This document shows positions 59,339 to 64,000 of a stretch of DNA of 64,000 bases, piece after piece (position 1 is the first letter of the stretch; every line of letters starts with the position of its first letter). Origin of the DNA: Verrucomicrobiaceae bacterium. GTDB taxonomy: Bacteria; Verrucomicrobiota; Verrucomicrobiia; Verrucomicrobiales; Akkermansiaceae. The position numbers and the translations under genes were made by a program. The notes beneath the pieces were generated by a model. That model searched no databases. It was given only the letters and a program-made list of their open reading frames with translations, and had not been told where the DNA came from. The stretch lies in assembly GCA_051252135.1 (NCBI GenBank), contig JBPOGH010000005.1:1-64000 (forward strand). The letters are read 5' to 3'.

Positions 59339-60588
59339 CTCTTCAGAAATTAGAAATCCTCGCTGACGCCGCAAAATACGACGCCTCCTGCGCCAGCTCG
59401 GGCGCAGCCCGAAAAGACTCCTCCTCCGGAAAAGGCGTCGGCTCCACCGGCGGAGTCGGCATCTGCCACTCCTACACCCCGGATGGCCGCTGCGTCTCCC
59501 TCCTCAAAATCCTCCTCACCAACGTCTGCCTCTACGACTGCCACTACTGCATCAACCGGCGCTCCTCCAATGTCCGCCGCGCCCGCTTCACCCCCGAAGA
59601 AGTCGTCACCCTCACCCTCGACTTCTACAAGCGAAACTACATCGAGGGACTCTTCCTCTCCTCCGGCATCGTGCGCAGCGCGGACTTCACCATGGAGCAA
59701 GTCATCCAGGTCGCCAAAACCCTCCGCGAAGTCCACCACTTCCGCGGATACATCCACCTCAAAACCATCCCCGAAGCGTCCGACGACCTCATCGCCGAAG
59801 CCGGAAAATACGCCGACCGCATCTCCATCAACATCGAGCTCCCCCGCCAGGTCGACCTCACCAACCTCGCCCCCGAAAAAAACGTCACCCGCACCCGCGA
59901 GGCCATGCAAAACATCGGCTCCAAAATCTCCGAATCCAAAGCCGACAAAAGCCCCCGCAAACCCAAATTCGCCACCGGTCAATCCACCCAAATGATCGTC
60001 GGTGCCGACCAGTCAAACGACTCCCACTTCCTCCGCCGCGCCGGCGACCTCTACTCCAATTTCAAACTCCGCCGCGTCTACTACTCCGCCTTCTCCCCCA
60101 TCCCCGACTCCTCCCCCCGCCTCCCCCTCAAAGCCCCGCCCCTCGTCCGCGAGCACCGACTCTACCAGGCCGACTGGCTCATGCGCTTCTACGGATTCGA
60201 TGTCCACGAGATCACCACCAAGGAACACCCCAATCTCGACCTCGACATCGACCCCAAACTCTCCTGGGCCCTCCGCAACCGCCACCAATTTCCCATCGAT
60301 CTCAACCGCGCCCCCCTCGAACTCCTCCTCCGCATCCCCGGCCTCGGCGTCCGGAATGCCAAACGCATCACCTCCATCCGCCGCTTCACCTCCCTCCGCA
60401 TCACCGACCTCATCAAAATGCGCATCAACCTCAAAAAATCCCTCCCCTTCATCATCACCACCGACCACCAACCCGCCTCCCTCGAGCTCGACTCAAAAAA
60501 AATCCGCGCCCTCCACGCCCCCCCACCCGAACAACTCGAACTCAACCTCCCCATCCCCAAACCCGAAGTCCTCCTCGGCGAATTCTAA
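59332..60588 (+). CDS. Putative DNA modification/repair radical SAM protein (TIGR03916-type); apparent ATT start
   Basis: Frame is open from 59323 and reads INTLQKLEILADAAKYDASC...GICHSYTPDGRC...CLYDCHYC, in frame with ORF 59671-60588; REHRLYQADWL and HhH motif RIPGLG. Confidence 0.88.
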   Translation: MNTLQKLEILADAAKYDASCASSGAARKDSSSGKGVGSTGGVGICHSYTPDGRCVSLLKILLTNVCLYDCHYCINRRSSNVRRARFTPEEVVTLTLDFYKRNYIEGLFLSSGIVRSADFTMEQVIQVAKTLREVHHFRGYIHLKTIPEASDDLIAEAGKYADRISINIELPRQVDLTNLAPEKNVTRTREAMQNIGSKISESKADKSPRKPKFATGQSTQMIVGADQSNDSHFLRRAGDLYSNFKLRRVYYSAFSPIPDSSPRLPLKAPPLVREHRLYQADWLMRFYGFDVHEITTKEHPNLDLDIDPKLSWALRNRHQFPIDLNRAPLELLLRIPGLGVRNAKRITSIRRFTSLRITDLIKMRINLKKSLPFIITTDHQPASLELDSKKIRALHAPPPEQLELNLPIPKPEVLLGEF

Positions 60589-60813
60589 CCCCCAAAAAAG
60601 GAGCGGGGGCATCCTGCCCCCAACAACCAAGCCCCCACAACCCAGCCCCCACAACCAAGAATATGGAACGTGGCCATCTTGGCCTACGCCCCCAACCAAG
60701 CCCCCAACCCAGCCTCTCCGTTCAAACTTAAATGTTAGATGTTCAATGTTCAGTGTTCCTCCCCTCCCCAACCAAGCAATTCCTAATCCCTAATTCCAAA
60801 TTCCCAATTAAAA
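60589..60813. repeat. Intergenic repeat mosaic inside the repair operon
   Basis: CCAAGAATATGGA module (also at 19799), TGTTCAA-type heptamers, CCTAATT-type heptamers (also at about 520 and 17205). Confidence 0.75.
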
Positions 60814-61668
60814 ATGCTCTCCCTCACCCACCCCTCCTCCTTCACCAATTGGCGCACCCTCACCCGCCAACTCCTCCTCGCCCAAATCCCCCCCACCGAA
60901 CTCCTCTGGCAATCCCCCGACCAAGCCTCCCTCTTCAACGAAACCCCGGAGCTCCAAAAAAAGACCACCCAACTCCCCCACGTCCCCAAAGCCTTTCTCG
61001 ACCTCGCCCGCACCACCGCCACCCACCGCTCCGGCACCCAGTGGCCCCACCTCTACTCCCTCCTCTGGCGACTCACCCATGGCGAAAACCACCTCCTCTC
61101 CCTCCCCACCGATCCCGACGTCCACGCCCTCCGCACCCTCGCCAAGCACATCTCCCGCGACATCCATAAAATGCACGCCTTCGTCCGCTTCCGGAAGATT
61201 GGCGACACCCCAGAAGGCCGCGAACAATTCGTCGCCTGGTTCGAGCCCGACCACCTCATCGTCCCCCTCGCCACCCCCTTCTTCCGCAAGCGCTTCGCCG
61301 CCATGGACTGGTCCATCCTCACCCCCGACCAATGCGTCCACTGGGACGGCCAAAACATCCACTTCACCGACGGCGCCGATAAATCACAAGCCCCCGCCGC
61401 CGATGCCCAGGACGACCTCTGGCGCACCTACTACCGCAGCATCTTCAATCCCGCCCGCCTCAAGGTCAAAGCGATGCAAGCCGAGATGCCCAAAAAATAT
61501 TGGAAGAACCTCCCCGAGGCCGACATCATCGAAGAACTCATCGCCACCAGCGCCACCCGCACGTCGGCCATGATCGCCAACAAACCCACCCCCGAAAAAC
61601 CCGCCCCAAAGAACGCCTACCTCAAGCACCTCGCCAACCAACATCCCGCGGATCACCACAAGGAGTAA
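60814..61668 (+). CDS. TIGR03915/DUF4130 putative DNA repair protein
   Basis: RDIHKMHAFVRFR, WFEPDH, WSILTP, FNPARLK..AM..EMPKKYWKNLPEA. Confidence 0.9.
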   Translation: MLSLTHPSSFTNWRTLTRQLLLAQIPPTELLWQSPDQASLFNETPELQKKTTQLPHVPKAFLDLARTTATHRSGTQWPHLYSLLWRLTHGENHLLSLPTDPDVHALRTLAKHISRDIHKMHAFVRFRKIGDTPEGREQFVAWFEPDHLIVPLATPFFRKRFAAMDWSILTPDQCVHWDGQNIHFTDGADKSQAPAADAQDDLWRTYYRSIFNPARLKVKAMQAEMPKKYWKNLPEADIIEELIATSATRTSAMIANKPTPEKPAPKNAYLKHLANQHPADHHKE

Positions 61669-61753
61669 CAAACTTCACTTCACGAAACTCAGGAAAGGTT
61701 TTCACCTTTTTGATCTACCGGGGGCACCCCGTCCCCCGATCCCCGCTCTGAAA

Positions 61754-61782
61754 TTGACATTAAATTCCCGGGATTCTAACAT
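61754..61782 (+). promoter_or_regulatory. Sigma70-type promoter
   Basis: TTGACA-N17-TAACAT. Confidence 0.7.
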
Positions 61783-61946
61783 CCAACTGAGTAACGGGAG
61801 CATTTCGGGTGTATGCTGCGGGCGTAAAAACGCATGTTCAGCGCCGTTATTTTCAGCGCCTTTCACGGTTGAAATCCCGCCGTTCGTTCGCCGACGAGCG
61901 ATAGCTCTTTTCTGAAATAGTATATCCTTCCCTCGAACACGGGCAG

Positions 61947-62035
61947 AAAAAAGGCGGGATGCTCCGTGGAGCAGGGCCCGCTAAATCTGATTATTGCTAC
62001 GAAAAGAACAACAAGCAGTGATCAATTACCGCTGT
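61947..62035 (-). ncRNA. Candidate tracrRNA
   Basis: Directly upstream of and divergent from cas9. Minus strand shows an anti-repeat-like stretch ending UCGUAGC, then AAUAAUCAG, then GCGGG-cc-UGCUCCacGGAGCA-u-CCCGC and a U-run. Confidence 0.6.
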
Positions 62036-62067
62036 CAAAATGACAGATCATACGCTTAAGTCAAACC

Positions 62068-64000
62068 ATGAAATACACTCTGGGCCTGGACATGGGCGTC
62101 GCGTCACTCGGTTGGGCTGTCATCTCTGAAGATAAACAGTTCATTGACAGCGGGGTACGTATTTTCCCTGCGGGAATTGATAAATTTGGAACAGGCAAAG
62201 ACACCCACCTTAATCAGGAACGTCGCAAAGCTCGGGGCGCCCGTCGGCGTGTCACCCGCAAGGCAAAGCGCCGGATCATGATCCGGGAACTCCTAACACA
62301 GCTGGGCTGGATTCCCTCTGATCCTAATCATCTGCAAGATTGGGAGAACCTCGACATTTACCAACTCCGATCGCGGGCCCTGACCGAAAAAATCACCCTC
62401 CAAGAGTTCGCTCGCATCATCCTTCACCTCAATCAGCGCCGCGGCTTCCTCTCACTACGCAAATCGGAACTTGATGCTGCTGAGGGCGAAGAAAAGAAAA
62501 CGCTCGAGGGCATGAAAGGTGAAATGGAGAGCCTTCAGGCCTCCATCGAATCCACCTTCAACGATCCAAAAGAGCGCACTCTCGGTAATTATCTCCATCA
62601 CCTCCGGCAAAAAAACGGAGGAGCCCACGGCAACCTGATTCGCCTGCGCTCCCGCCACATCCGTCGTGACATGCTCCACCACGAGTTTTCCCTGATTTGG
62701 GAAGAACAAAGTAGACACCACTCCGAACTCACCGACGCTCTCCGCTACGGCTCCCACGGCAAACAAAAGAACCCCACCGTCGTCGTCAAACCTATCCCTC
62801 GCAAAAAAGAGGAAACCATTCTTCAGCAATTCGGACTCGAAAACCTCACCTTCTTCCAGCGCCGCGTCTACTGGCCGACTAGTTCCATCGGTAAATGCGA
62901 ACTCGAAAAAGGCGAACTCCGCGCCCCCATCGCAGACCGCCGTTTCCAGGAATTCCGCATGCTTTCAGAACTAAACAACCTCCGCCTGATTGATAGTTCT
63001 GTTGATGGAAAACCGGCAGAACGAAAATTCACTCCTCCCGAGCGCAAACTTGCACTCGCCTATGTCTCGTCCACCCAAAAACCCACTCTCAAATCCCTAA
63101 AAAGTAAAATCGCCAAACTCCCCGACAGCCCACCACTCAGTCAAATCACCTTCAATCTCGAACAAGGCAAACGCGATAATTTGGGGGGCCTCCAAACCGA
63201 CCTCAAACTCGCTAAAGCCTTCGGTGCTGCAGATTGGGCCAATCTCCCCGAGTCTGACAAAAACCGCATCGTCGAAATTCTCACCATGCCTGAGCCCGGA
63301 GCAACAAAAGTCATCCAGCGCACCGACGACGAAACAAAGGAACTCCTTCTTCAACTCCCAAATCTCACCGAATCTCAAATCGAAAGTCTTCTCCGAGTCG
63401 CTCTCCCCGCCGGCTACTGTGGCCTTTCCATCAAAGCACTTGAAAAACTGCTTCCCCACATCCGCGCTGGATTTAACTACCAGGGAAAAACCGAAGAAGA
63501 CTCCGCTCTCCATCTCGCCGGATATGAGCGCCGTGACGAAACAGCTAACAGACTGTTAGATAAACTCCCTCTGCTCTCGGAACTCACGAACCCAAATTCC
63601 AAAGTACACGACCCAAACTTTCCACACGTCAACAACCCTTTGGTTCTACGGTCCCTCCACGAACTCAGAAAAGTCGTCAATGGCGTCATCTCAAAACACG
63701 GCCCACCTGCTCAAATTCATCTTGAAATGGCTCGCGACCTCAAGATGTCAGCCAAGCAACGCGACGAACATGCCAAAAAGAACAACGATCACAAAAAATC
63801 TCGTGACCAGGCTGCCACAAAACTCGAGGAAAACGGCATCGCACCCACCCGTGATGCCATTCTCCTCTATCGTCTCTGGGAAGAGCAGGAAGGATGCTGC
63901 ATTTACTCGGGAACCCCTATCAGCTTCAAGCAACTCGTGAGCGGAGAAGTGGACATTGATCACATCTATCCCCGCCGCGCAAATGACGACTCTTATATGA
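62068..64000 (+). CDS. cas9: Type II-C CRISPR nuclease Cas9 (5' part, runs off window)
   Basis: MKYTLGLDMGVASLGWAV (RuvC-I), GVRIF, Arg-rich bridge helix ERRKARGARRR, HLNQRRGF, FFQR, NNPLVLRSL.ELRKVVN, IHLEMARD (RuvC-II), LWEEQ..CCIYSG, DIDHIYP (HNH). No in-frame stop. Confidence 0.97.
   Translation, partial: MKYTLGLDMGVASLGWAVISEDKQFIDSGVRIFPAGIDKFGTGKDTHLNQERRKARGARRRVTRKAKRRIMIRELLTQLGWIPSDPNHLQDWENLDIYQLRSRALTEKITLQEFARIILHLNQRRGFLSLRKSELDAAEGEEKKTLEGMKGEMESLQASIESTFNDPKERTLGNYLHHLRQKNGGAHGNLIRLRSRHIRRDMLHHEFSLIWEEQSRHHSELTDALRYGSHGKQKNPTVVVKPIPRKKEETILQQFGLENLTFFQRRVYWPTSSIGKCELEKGELRAPIADRRFQEFRMLSELNNLRLIDSSVDGKPAERKFTPPERKLALAYVSSTQKPTLKSLKSKIAKLPDSPPLSQITFNLEQGKRDNLGGLQTDLKLAKAFGAADWANLPESDKNRIVEILTMPEPGATKVIQRTDDETKELLLQLPNLTESQIESLLRVALPAGYCGLSIKALEKLLPHIRAGFNYQGKTEEDSALHLAGYERRDETANRLLDKLPLLSELTNPNSKVHDPNFPHVNNPLVLRSLHELRKVVNGVISKHGPPAQIHLEMARDLKMSAKQRDEHAKKNNDHKKSRDQAATKLEENGIAPTRDAILLYRLWEEQEGCCIYSGTPISFKQLVSGEVDIDHIYPRRANDDSYM

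Noticed and set aside
59671..60588. ORF-track start for the radical SAM gene
   Set aside because: It omits the CxxxCxxC motif encoded in frame upstream.
60720..60760. TGTTC-containing tract as additional LexA sites
   Set aside because: It is a heptamer tandem repeat with no GAACA half-site.
61860..61895. tRNA gene suggested by GGTTGAAATCCCGCC
   Set aside because: No proper T-stem, acceptor stem or anticodon arm could be folded.
62455..63963. Short ORFs listed in the last 1.5 kb
   Set aside because: Alternative frames of cas9.
1..64000. Many long Pro/Ser/Thr-rich or Gly/Glu/Val-rich overlapping ORFs (e.g. 13401-14960, 36651-38375, 52333-54348)
   Set aside because: Shadow frames of real genes caused by high GC and C skew; no motifs.

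Overview
Bacterial chromosomal window, most likely from a Verrucomicrobiales-type (PVC) organism, inferred from a PEP-CTERM protein, DUF1549/1553-DUF1501 and DUF1592-DUF1552 operons, a LamG/lamin-tail/CotH giant and a Verrucomicrobia-type LexA box. Housekeeping genes include rpmB, udg, prlC, dapA, queE, mutS, ppk2, tal, pyc and hemW. Accessory content: two type II toxin-antitoxin modules, REP-like palindromes, an IS200/RAYT-type HUH transposase split by a 220-bp MITE with a TTA target duplication, and intergenic mosaics of CCAAG-linked repeat modules. Two genes are missed or truncated by the ORF track. One is a type II-C cas9 from 62068 that runs off the window end, with a candidate divergent tracrRNA. 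The other is a TIGR03916-type radical SAM DNA-repair gene whose expected ATG reads ATT inside a LexA box. The best candidate for an undescribed system is a minus-strand operon at 42561-46369: alpha/beta-hydrolase, HEAT-repeat protein, and an apparently inactive CHAT (caspase-like) domain fused to a transglutaminase-like Cys-His domain. All assignments come from motif recognition by eye; no searches were run.
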